Positions 49,830 to 62,300 of a DNA stretch of 64,000 nucleotides are shown here, piece by piece. A program made the translations under genes and the position numbers. The notes under the pieces are model-generated. The model saw only the letters and a program-made list of their open reading frames with translations, was not told the DNA's origin and ran no database searches. Numbering within the stretch: position 1 is the first letter of the stretch; every line of letters starts with the position of its first letter. This stretch comes from Dimorphilus gyrociliatus (Eukaryota; Animalia; Annelida): assembly GCA_904063045.1 (NCBI GenBank), contig CAJFCJ010000005.1, positions 3,873,689-3,937,688 of the forward strand, given 5' to 3'.

Positions 49830-50923
49830 ACGATAAGATTTTATGCGTTTCTAAACTTATTGATTTTTATATTTTCTATTAATATAGAAATGAAATGTTT
49901 CTCTCTTACTAAGAAATATCGAGCGTTAGAATTCGGAGATGCGGAGGCGTACTGTAAAATCGATCTGCCGGAAAGTACCTGCCTCTATAATCTCTGTTCT
50001 TGTACTGTTGAATCTGTTTTTTTTTTTTTTTTTACTTCCATTTATTCAATTATTTGAAAGTTTCCTTGAATATTTAATATAAATATAGATTCTGAAAAAG
50101 TGAATGTATCGTTAACAGGTGAAGGTTGTACTATAAATATAAATCTGAATATTAATGAAATCATAAGCGGATTAACAACATTCTGCAAGATAGAGATAAA
50201 GCCTCAAACTAAAGTACTAACGATTGGATCATCTTTACTAACGTCAAGTTCGCTAAAAAATTGCCTTTAAAGTTGTTTAAAGGACTAAAATTGCATTCGC
50301 TACTTTGTGGAAAGGTTCCCCAAAAACTAAATGTTACCATTTTCAATCATTGAAAGTAGGTAAAATGGGAAGGAAAGGGTATTTGTCAGACGTTACCATA
50401 AGCCTATTGATTTAATATTTACAGTTTTGATGTTGAATAATTAAAAGACATAGTACGAGGAAAAAGGGAGGGAGAAAGAGGGTAAAGGAAAAAATAAACC
50501 TATTGAGTTACTTAACAAAAATATGAAATAGACTTTTGATATTATTGAAAATAGGCTTAATTTAAAGGATTTTTTTATAATTTAACAGACTTAAAAGTAT
50601 TCGTAAAGACATGGGAGACATGTATGATAAATACTTTCAAAATAGACTAAGACGGCATCTACGGAAATAGGAGTTATCATCATGTTGCAATTACGTATGA
50701 CAGCTATAATGAAGAAATAACCCTATATACAGACTCCACCAATACTGAAAAACATCTTTAAAAACCGTCCGAAGCCAATTCAGAGTGCTATCAAGATAGT
50801 CTACTGCTAGGAACGTCTCCTAAGGGTTCTAAGAGGAATTTTAAGGGCAAAAAGTTGACGAATTTCGTTATGTAAATAGAATATAGAATAATCACGATAT
50901 CCAATTACAAAATGTACCTTCGG
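49830..50923 (+). pseudogene. Decayed gene for a secreted Cys-rich + LamG/concanavalin-A-like (Laminin_G_3) protein
   Basis: Exon-like blocks 49830/49888-50001, 50089-50355 and 50589-50923 with phase-1 junctions. The last block reads SYHHVAITYDSYNEEITLYTDS...LLLGTSP...NFKG, the LamG-3 pattern. Six in-frame TAA stops and no frameshift are needed to hold the frame. Confidence 0.55.
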
Positions 50924-53900
50924 GTAAGTTATTTGTAATAATTCTCCTATAAGATATTCTATGGCAGGGATATTAATGGGTCAAAAGGAAAAAGATGTCT
51001 CAGGTTAACAATGGTATAATAACATAAATTGACTAGACGCTAATTGCAAACATTGCAAACAATGTAAAGAGATTTTATTGATATAACAATTTTCCATCTC
51101 GCGATAAAGTACTGTTAGATTATTAACCAAGTTATGGTATTTAAAGTAATTTCCATGGGTTTTGCCTAAATTTCTTTACTTTCTTTTGGTGTACTGCAAA
51201 ATTGGGATGCATGACTAAATATCTATAATCCCTGTTAATTCCTATTGCAAGAATTCTATTTAATAATCACTAGTACATTATTCTCTCTCTATCTATCTCT
51301 CTATCTTTCTCTCCAAAGATTTCTAATTTAATTAATACTACCATTCTTTTAGACCAAAGCAAAGCTAACACCATCTGTATTTTCTTAGATAGGAAACAAA
51401 AGATCTCATTATTATTCTCAATCCAAATAAATGAATACTATCATTGGTAAATACCCTATGTAGTAAAAATCCTTCTAATCAAATGTCGGTTCACTGAAAG
51501 GCATAAAAGATTTCTTGGTACTAACAGTACAAACAGTCTTTTTTTTTACAATTTCAAGGAACATCATATCAAATTGAGCCGTAGTTCAAAGGCGACTATA
51601 TGGTTAGTCGGGTCACAGTTAACCTATCAAGGGAAGCATGAAATATATGGACAAACTTTCATAAATAAGCCTCCTTATAAAGTAAATGAAACTTTGAATT
51701 TAGTAGATGGTATTTGCATACTAGCCAAGAGCTACAAAGGCAATTATAATTAATTATAGTCTTAAAACAGTCAATGAAAGGTTTCATTCAATGAGATAAT
51801 CACATATTTCTCAACAATATTAAGTCACTTAAGATTTACCACTCATCCGTTCACTTTTGCCATAGGAATTTGCCAAAAGTACAGGAATTTCAGGGAAATT
51901 TCCAATAAGTATGTTTCTTTATGCATAATTTACTAATTTAATGATTACATTTATAAAAAAAATATTTAAATATATTCGATAGTTACGTCATCTACCGAAT
52001 TTCTACGAATTCTATACCATTCACACACTAGTACCAATACTCTCGTTAAGAAAGTATATATGATTAAGCTGACAACACACAACATAATCAACAACATTGA
52101 TTACAGAAACACTCTAATGAGTTTCTAAAGAAAGAAGATTGATATTGTACGTGAAACAGAAAAGACAACAAAAAATCTGCAACAATACAAGGAAAAAACC
52201 AACTGTAAGACTGATGGAGACAGCACTAGCCTTAACGATATATCTACACTTATCAAAAGTTCCAAACGATCTCTTCAGAATCTTTGAAAGTGTCGTCGAT
52301 TTCTCATACTATTCCGGATCAGATAACCATCTAATTGGATCATAGTACTACAAACTCAATTAAAAAATCAAGCATTCCAAGTAATTCATCGCCTAATTCT
52401 AATTTAGGTATATTACATCCAAAAAAAAAAAAACAACAACAACAACTCAGAATACAGAGGCAAGCCGTGAATAATAAAATACCCAATAGGGTTAGTAGCA
52501 CCCAAAATCCCCAGTGGTATGCTTACCTAATTTAAACCAATTTTCATGGTATTATTTGAGAATGCTTTTTTGATCTCTTAAAGAAAATTCTCTCTCTAGT
52601 TTACTTATCATCTTTTGTTTCCGATTTTGTTAGAGGGTAATATGACACCATCTTTGATTAATTCCAGGGAATTGTTATGAATATATAGAGTTCGATTTTT
52701 GGTGCACTAATTACTTACGAATGCTCCCTTCTTCTTTCACTCATCGATTCAATGAAACTATATTAACGGAATTGGGAAAATAATCGTGGTGTGCATAGGT
52801 AAAAAAGAAACTAGGCCTACAAAAAGGGATTGTTTTTTTTTACTAGTCTTATTAGATGTAAAAGAAATCTCTTCTCCTTATTATTTTAGTATTATATGAA
52901 AATTACAAAATCTAAACAGAATATTGTGAAAACATTTCAAGAAAATACCGTCTTACAAGTTAAAATAATAATAGAATTCCAGTTAAATCCTATATCTTTA
53001 CTTTCGCTAAATCATTAAAAAGAACAGTAATAATTTTACAGTTTGTAAAACGGATTATATTCAATCCAGCTAATTAAGAATCTATCTCTTTGCAGTTTTT
53101 ATACTGCAGTATATTTTGTATTGTATGAATTTAATATATAATCATATACAGTACATACAGTATAGATATATTAAAGAAGTATTAAATAAAATGTCTAAAT
53201 TATATAAATACAAAGTCATGTGCTTAGTTTCTTATTCAAGAATAGAGAGATGATAATTTATCCAGTTGGAACAATCTTATTTTTGCAATATGTTAAATTT
53301 TGCAATTATCTCTCCTCGTCTTTTTCTTCTTCTTATTGAATATAAAATAGCATTGTATAGAATAAAACTTTATGTGTCAGTTATTACCTTTTGTAAGCTA
53401 AAGAATAAACTAACGAACAAATTATTGAATGAACAGCAAAAATATTAGCTGTCTATATCCATAATCTAGGTATGCTTCATTGATTGTATTATTAAAAAAA
53501 TTATTACACTAAAATCTCTTTCAATTTCTCTTCCTATACCCTCTTTTCTCTCTCTCTCCCTCTTTTTCTCTTTCTTTCTCTCTCGCTCTCTCTCTCTGTC
53601 TCTCTCTTTTGTCCACATTTAAAGGGTATGAGTATACATTTTATATAATAATAGATTAATTGAATTCGAGATTTATAATATAGCAAGAATAACATTAATA
53701 ATAACAATAATAAAGAAAGCCTTTAACAATTCGAACAACTTTTAGCTTTTAACGGTAGAATATCATATGAATTACAACGATAGATAGCATAAAAAAACAA
53801 TTGGAGACATATTAGTCCTATAGGGCCATAAAATGAGATATCAATAATTTATAGAATAAATTACTGTAAAGGACGTCTATTAAAATACTAAATGAAAATA

Positions 53901-54704
53901 TTAATAATTACCAGACTCTTATATAGAATCTTGCTCAAATTAAATGTATAAAGTGTACACTACACTATATTGCAATATCTTTCTAAATATGGATGATTAT
54001 TAATTAATGGTCACTTTCTATTTATAGGCTTATTTTCTTTTTTGATTAATCTAATCCATAAACATTGTCCGTCTAACGTCTGGGATTTAAATAAATGCAT
54101 TTGTAAATCGGTATACAACACTTTAAAGCTATTTGGTTAGATAAGAGGAAGAGGCAAAGAGCCGGAAAAACAGCCGTCTGCATGCTAAGTTTACCCTACG
54201 AATCAAACTTTCCCAGAATAATCGGGAAGAGAATCAAAAGAGAAGAAAAAAACCAAACTGTTTCTCGAGAAATTGTTTGATTGCCGCGTATAGGATGAAA
54301 GTGGTGTGACGTAATTTATGCCTCAATTAAGTATGGAATATCTTAATCTTTAATATTTCTCAAAAAAAGAAAGAGATTCCTCTTGCTCGTTTAATCTTTC
54401 GTATTTATTCTTCATTTGTAATAAATAAATGATATTAGCCTATATATAGTAGCAAGAAGCAGTATTTGCAACTTGTGTACATAATCTGTCTGTTATGCAG
54501 GGTGAGAAATAAATTTTCGCAAAAATTTTGTTTGTCACGCAGTGTTTCAAGTTATTTACTTTGTAAAAAGCTAGGCTATGTAATTTGGACTTTGACTTAT
54601 TAACAATAATTTATTTAATAGCTCCTTTTTTATATTCTAAATGGTCTTGGGTATCCTTCCGCCTTTCCTTTTTTCTTCTTCCCACACCTATAAACTCGTC
54701 CTAT

Positions 54705-54750
<46 letters not shown>

Positions 54751-54870
54751 TCTCTCCCTTCTTCCTTTATCTAAAAACATTACATATCCATTTATTTAAC
54801 CACAGTGAAACCTTATCATTCTTACGTCAAAGATCAGTATAATAACTACATGTGCATACAAAGAAGCTTA

Positions 54871-54913
<43 letters not shown>

Positions 54914-57738
54914 TTTCTATAAATCCTGTATACTGGTTATGATAAATTTTAGTTATTTTTATAGCTCATTTCCATGCAAGTATTCTAAGCATTAACCATG
55001 GGAAATCTGGATGTGATAGTTCCGCCAACGCCCAGACAAGGTCACCTCAAATTATCCATCAGGTGTATAAAAAACATTTATAAAATAATTTACGACTTAT
55101 AGACATTTGGTAAATCGTCTTCCATCAGTGAAATATATTATGGGTTGATGATTGCCTCCAACAATCTTAATGGAAAATTAGTTGTGGACGGGGACAGCTC
55201 GTTAGGCTACATTAGTAATCTCCTAAGCTTTCATGTGACCGCAAATTACTGAAGAGTTTTATAATTAGGGTAAAGTTAGAGTTTTTGATGAATAATAATA
55301 AAACACAAATTTTCTGACGAAATGTTTTTTTCGGTCAATAAAACTTCTCTGCTATATCTGTCAATTGAATAGGGAAATCTACACATTTTATTTATTCATG
55401 TTCATAAAAAACAAAACAATTCCTGTCTTTACTCTCATCAATACGTTGATAATAAGTAGAATGAAATATATATATATATATATTAGTATATTTATATATA
55501 TATATATATATTAGATATATATATAGTGTGTGCTTAGTATCATATGATTAATTATTGTTAGTATTATTAAGATGTTAAGGTTAAGAAAAAAATTAACGTA
55601 ATTCTGCTCCTCTCCATCTCTAATGAGAGACGAGAATTTGGATTATTTATTGGGTATCAGAGATACAAAAGAGATGGTTTTAAGCTTGGGAGTTGGAGTA
55701 GAATTCTTTACAGATGAGTATACAATATTTATATATATATATATATACTGTATATATAAAATAATCCATACATTGAAATAGAAAAGGAGGTAAATGTAAA
55801 TTTATATAACGCCCTCAACACTTGGAAAATATTAACCGTTTTCACTTTTCACAAGATCAAGTTTCATCCTCTACTTCTGAATCAGTTATATTAATTTTTT
55901 TATATACAGTATATATATATATATATTGTCGATCTATTGTCATACTTCACGTCTCTTCTCTCTCGTAATAAAAATTAAATATATACTGTATATTCGGCTA
56001 TAGAGTTGTATCAGATAGAAATGGAATATGGCAGGACACGAAAATATTGTCCATTATATTCAAAGAAGACAGGCCGAAAAAATACATTAGGGAATATTCA
56101 TAAATTCGTTGCCTCGTATAAATAATCCTTCAAAACGGACATGTATGGCTTTTACGAGGGGTTTTATGGATAAAAGGTTTAAATTTACTTTCTTTTTAAC
56201 GTATAAATCTTAATTTCTTTCTTTTGCGAAGATATTGATAGTTTTTTATTAAATTAATCTAAAAATAAATATTGTCAAGTGTGGAGGATATCGAATATAT
56301 ACCATTCACTTCCGGTGATATTAAAGAGAAACGCTCTTCCAGGAAAGAAGGACAGTCAGGAATATTTATATACAAATAGATAAAGAACTGGAAAGATATT
56401 AAAACTTGTAGAATTATATTCAACAAAGGCTAATGTTCCTAATGTTGTAGAATTTTTATAACCCGTCAGAGACATAAACCAATGAAGAAAGGTCACTGTT
56501 CGATTTGGAAAGACTAGCTGAAATAGAATTAGAAATGACAGTCGGAAATAAGAATGAAACGGTTCGGAAAAGGATTGTAGAATTCAACAAATGATAAATG
56601 GACGACATAAACAAAGAGTAACAATGGAAAAGAGGATGATTAATCTTTACTAAGTCTACTCCCTTAGTTGTAAAATATTTAATACATGCTTTTAGTTCAT
56701 TCATAGTAAAACATAACCTTATTTGTTATAAACAAAAAGTAAACAAGTATACTATATTTTGTTTTCCTTTTGTACTACTTCCAGTAGAAAGTACTACTAG
56801 CAAACAGTTTACTAACACTTAAAGTTGTTATATCTGCTAATAGAGCTTTTCCATTTCACCTTTTTCCTTTATTCTCGCTCTAATTAAAATATTTCTTTCT
56901 TTGTAGTCTGAAAGCAACTTATCAATCTTAGCACGATGAAAGAGGAAACAGAGCAGATCATTCTACCACGTAATTACTTATGGCATTTGTACGGGTTATT
57001 TATGAGCAGTCCTAAATATCAGAGAAATTGAGGACCCTTTAAATTGTAATCATATACAAAAAAAAACATCCAATTTAGCCTTTTCCAATAAATATTTCTT
57101 GTAACTAATTTCTTTTACAATCATGGTCAAAACTTTCTTCCTATTCCAATAGGGGGCGTTTGAAAATCATAAAATGGTAAATATCTATATATAGTATATG
57201 CTTTTATATATATATATATATGTATATATAAATAGTATGTTTATACTGTATATTGATATACATAAGTATGCTAGCGATACGCTTATGTAAGGTAGCAGTA
57301 GGCAATAGATTCAATGTACTTTTACCATGATTTTCATTATAATAATGCTTTTTAACGTCGTATAATTTGATTTTTTAAACATATTTGTTCTAATTACTTA
57401 TATTTAACAAAATGGTGCGTACTTATCCATTTTCTCACCTTTGTTAACAATATATGTGCTAGCTGGCTTGTGCTATATCATATTCCTTAAAAACCACAGA
57501 TATATTGTAGTTTAAGGGGAACTTGTAAAGACAACTCGTACTAATCGAATTAGAAAAAGCGTTGCTGGATATGAAATGAAGTAGTAAAAGTAGAAAAAGG
57601 AAAAGAACTCTTTGTTATAGAACTTCTGACAGATAAAAATCGGCTTAGTCCAAAAAGCTGGATGATTAAGCGCACGAGGTGTCGCGTCCATCGCTCTACT
57701 TTCTAAGCGTCACTTCGATGCTCAAGTTGGCAGTAGCA

Positions 57739-58419
57739 ATGGGCTGTCAGCAAACAAAGGTAAGACGTTCAAAGAAGAATGATACTCCAGTTATTAAGGA
57801 TGGAATTACCTTCGATTCTTTTCTATCGGATGAAGAAAAGTCAATTGTCAGGAAAACATGGTCTAACCATTTTGAAAAAGATATGGTCGGATTTGGTGTG
57901 ATTGTGTTTGAAAGAATATTTGAGGCTAAACCTGAAGTAAAGTCATTATTCCCGTTCGGGGATCAGAGCGGAGAATCTCTACGTAAAAATCATCTTTTTA
58001 GAGCTCACGGTCTAAGGTTTATGAAGGCAGTTGGTGCTTGTGTAGACTCATTAGACGATACAGAGTCGACTTTGACGCCTATGCTTTTGAGACTTGGTGA
58101 AACTCATGCTAGAATTGATGGATTTTCTTGCTGCTATTTTGATGCCTATAAAGCTACTATGACAAATGTTTGGGGTAATCAATTGGGTAAAATATGGGAA
58201 GACGAAGATGTCAGGTTTTCATGGACTAAAGTTTTCGATTTTATGATGCAGCGTCTAGCCGATGGATATCAAAATAAGTTGAATGATCAGCAACGCTCTA
58301 AAGACGTTCAAAATTCTGAAAATGACAACGATAGCAAAACTCATACAAACAACATCGATAAAGAAAATAAATGTGAAATAATTACAAACAATAAAGAGGG
58401 CGGAAAAGAAGAAGAGTAA
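57739..58419 (+). CDS. Globin, globin-X/neuroglobin-like, predicted N-myristoylated and palmitoylated, intronless (226 aa)
   Basis: Starts MGCQQT. Globin fold landmarks: A-helix LSDEEKSIVRKTW, CD1 LFPF, distal His E7 (AHGLRFM), proximal His F8 (LGETHA), H-helix SWTKVF. An in-frame upstream ATG at 57718 sits in weak context. Confidence 0.92.
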   Translation: MGCQQTKVRRSKKNDTPVIKDGITFDSFLSDEEKSIVRKTWSNHFEKDMVGFGVIVFERIFEAKPEVKSLFPFGDQSGESLRKNHLFRAHGLRFMKAVGACVDSLDDTESTLTPMLLRLGETHARIDGFSCCYFDAYKATMTNVWGNQLGKIWEDEDVRFSWTKVFDFMMQRLADGYQNKLNDQQRSKDVQNSENDNDSKTHTNNIDKENKCEIITNNKEGGKEEE

Positions 58420-59305
58420 TTGTTGATATAAAAGCGGACTACTGCAAAGTTGTGTTTATAAAGCCTATAAAAGCCAAACAAAAAATTCAGTCTAAATTCG
58501 ATAATTATTGATCGAGCACTTTACAGCTAGGCAGAGGCATTTTCCAAAACGACTTGGCGTCTTGATTATGACGCCTGATATCCTTCATTGCAAAAGTATG
58601 AAACGAAAGAAATTTATACAATAATTATATATATTCTAATATACATATATTCATATGTGTACTCTACATACTTTTTAATATAGCATATAATGAAGTACAT
58701 ACATATATTTTTGTATATAGTACATATATACTGTATATAGGGTATGTGGTGTATACATAGACCAAGAGGAAGTCTTCATTATTAACTATTATGGAGTAGG
58801 GAGAGTTATTTTTCTATTCTTTTTTTGCTACGGTCAATAGTTAACAAATTCATAGTTGGCTATACGATCGATTACTCGTCAAATATTTAATCGAATAAGA
58901 GATTAAAGCGACCGAAAAGTGAGAGGTATCCGTTTTAAAACCCTTTACATCTTAATTTTAAATCGTAAAGCGATGAGAAAAAGGTTTCACTAAATTATAA
59001 TCAACTCTTTCTATTCTTGTATTAAATTAGCATTTTAAGCCTAAACTATTTTTGGAAAAACTGGATTAAATATACAGTATTATTTTCCCTCGCTAACTCT
59101 ATATCTAATTTACATTTCTAGCTAACCACAAAATAATATTTAAATGGTTAATATATCTAAACGCTATTGTTACCTTCTAAATTAATTATTTTTTTCATTT
59201 TTTGTTGCGTATTTCTCATTTTATTATTGTTACAATATATCCTCAATTTACGCAGGAGAAATAGATTGATAGGAAGATAGAAAGAGAAAGAGGGGGATAG
59301 GGAGT

Positions 59306-59348
<43 letters not shown>

Positions 59349-62300
59349 AAAAAAGGAGAAAAACAGTCAGAGGCAGAAAAAAATAGCAAAAAAAGTTTAT
59401 CAAATGCCTTTGTAAAGCTATACATTTCGTCTTCAAAAGAGGAAAAAAGAAAATAAACTACAACAAGTTTTTCTTTATTAAAAAAAACTGAAGAAGAGGA
59501 AAAATATTTACAACTAAATAGCAGTGACTGTAATTAATTAGCTGGAAAGAATAATAAAAGTAGACCGATATCAATAAAAAATAGATAAATCTTCTCAACT
59601 ATGAACGCTAAATGAATTATTAAATAAAAGAAGGCGAGAGAATGATTCTTCTCCTTCATCTTCTTATTTTGCTCTTATTCTTCTTCCTCTTTCTTTTTCT
59701 TTGGATCTGTATGAATAATCATTGGATTAGCAGCCGAAGGGCGTTTACTTGTACAGGAAAAAGGAAATGCCAACAATACTTCCTTTCATACATTGTAGTT
59801 GGTATGTTTAAGGGCCTGTTTAAATTGGATACTTTTTCAATAAATAGACGCCCATTCTAATTTAGTTCTATAAGCCGCTAACGTATTATCTCCTCATTTT
59901 ATTCCCTTTTCAACCAGAGCTTCAGCACGAATAAGGTTATTCATCGTTAAAAAGCGTCACTTTATCCTCAAGACGGTTTACCGAATTTCAAAATACTCAC
60001 TTGACTGTCAAATGTTTCGACGTGAGCATAATACTTGAGACGTTTCCGTTTGAAAGAGTTTATAGGCATTCAGTAGGATGGATCTAAAGGGATTAATTGA
60101 ATTAAAAGCACATACTCGATCTATAATAAGAAGCCGCAGCTCGTATCTTGTTGACAGACGTATAAAATGAAACCATAGAAAATTCTGACAAGCTTTCAGA
60201 GTTCTATAAATTCCAATATGAAAAAATCCATGGCTTTTCTAAATAAAAATACCTTGACAGACTTCCAAACAACGTGTTATCGTAATAATTGAAGAGTTAG
60301 TATAGAATTTGTAGGCAATCCTCGTTTCATCATCTTTATTACTTATATAGATATTCGCCTACGCCGCAAATGAATTAGTATACTGTTGGACCATATCAAA
60401 ATGAGGGCTTTTATTAAATACAGAAATATAAAATAGATGAATAATTTACCTTTAGAATTCTTTAACCGTTTGCCTATTTCCTTCCTTTATAATAAACCAC
60501 AATAAAGAGAGTAACAATTGCAGCTTGCACGAAACACGTTCGACTTCTCTTTTTTTATATAAAAAATCTTTGAACCATAGTTCACAACGATTTCTTCTCC
60601 CCTTTACTTCTTTTCTCTTTCTGTATATTATTAGGCTCCTCCCTTTTTTTCCTTTATCTACCTAGCCATTTCTCCTAATTATTATTTGTCACATGCGACA
60701 TAAAACCTCAAGCATTTTTCCAGCTAACCTTAATCAAGTACACTTCATTAATTAATAATCAACTAAAAATTATCTATAATGAGATGACGGAGGTGTTTAA
60801 GATGAAATGGATTCACGGAGAATCTAGAAGAGAAATCAAGAAGAAAAAGTACAATTTATGAAATGTTATTTAAAAACGAAATATCCCTGCCGTTTCCTTT
60901 TCATACTCCTCTATTACAAGCCAAATGAAAAGGTATATGGAGAATCAAAGAAAGTAGTGTATATATGGAGAACCTTAGAATCAAGCGGTTCTTTTTCTGT
61001 TTATTTATTTTCTTCATTCTGAAGGACTGCTATATCAAAGCGTTTGTCGGCTTTTATGAATTTGTAAACCAGTCCCGATTACTCTTTAGATTCTTAGGCG
61101 CAGATTACTGGATAAACCGTATCTTTCAGTACAACCGCTTAATCGCCATTGATTGCCAACCCTGGACGAAACGAATACAATGTATATATAAATAAGCGAT
61201 ATGTATTTAAGTAGAGCTAGAGACTCTATGAAGCCAACGTACGTATTATTTATGAAGCGGATAAATGCTCTTTTATACTTTTTTTTTTTATTTTTTTCCC
61301 TGTTCAAATTTCAATACAAAGATTATACTTAAATTATTCATAATTCTTGCCAACTAATTGTAATTTTATGGATGAATTTCTTTACAAACGCTACTAGCAA
61401 AATAACATAGAAATATAGAGGATTCCCTATATATAGATTATTAAGAGTGTCTTTGTATATTTACTACTTGTTATTACATATATAGCTGGTTACGATTATA
61501 TAAATATATATCATCTAAAATCTATTTTTGTAAAATAATCCCTTAAAACGAAACTAATTAATACGTTTTAAATGGAATATTCACTACGTTAATAGTATTT
61601 TTAAGTGCATTTAATATGCATAAAATTTGCATATTTTATAAATATATTTATATATTTATAAAATATAGAGAAATGAAATATTGATATTAATGCCTTTGCT
61701 AAATCCGAAAAACATAAATACGTAAGATTTAATAACACTGTCGACATTTATCAATCACACGAAAACGTCAAGAAAGCTGATTAGACTGCAACCACTGTAC
61801 TGGTAGTCCCAATTTTTTTAATCGATTAGGCCTACGTACCAAGTACAATGCAAGGATGAAACTTGTCTAGCATTCTTAGCATCTGCACAGGCACTTAAAG
61901 ATGCAATTACGAGCAGATTACTCGTAGTTCCTCATACACCTGTCTCTATTGAAATACCTTGAGAAAACTATGGGGAAAAAGGTCAATAAGGAGGAAGTTA
62001 AACGTATACGGGTTTTTTTCGAATAGGCATCTTTCTTGGAAAATTTGGCGTTCCCATTACAATCGTCTTCTTTTCTTCCCCTGTGTTTTAAATGGCTTGG
62101 CTGTCGATTCAAGGTCAAAAATTCTATAATCGCATTCCACAAAAAAGTCAATAGGACAGTGAAACGTCTTTATTTTTAACTCATTGGCAACCAATTGATG
62201 CGTATAGACTGCCAATTAACCTTCATATACTTCTCTATCCTTCTTCAGGGGATTTCATGTAAATTGTTCATTAAAAGTATAGACTAACTCAATTACAAAC

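Noticed and set aside
54960-55260. Minus-strand frame with only TAA/TAG stops, hinting at a TAA/TAG=Gln code
   Set aside because: Stop density (about 7 per 100 codons) equals random expectation for this composition and no domain motif is recognisable.
56021-56037. 17-nt identity (atggaatatggcaggac) with minus strand 47420-47404
   Set aside because: About one or two matches of this length are expected by chance in an AT-rich 64-kb self-comparison, and the match does not extend.
61870-61930. GTTSNLLVIASL resembling a rhodopsin-GPCR TM1 motif
   Set aside because: Preceded by an in-frame stop and not followed by further TM segments.
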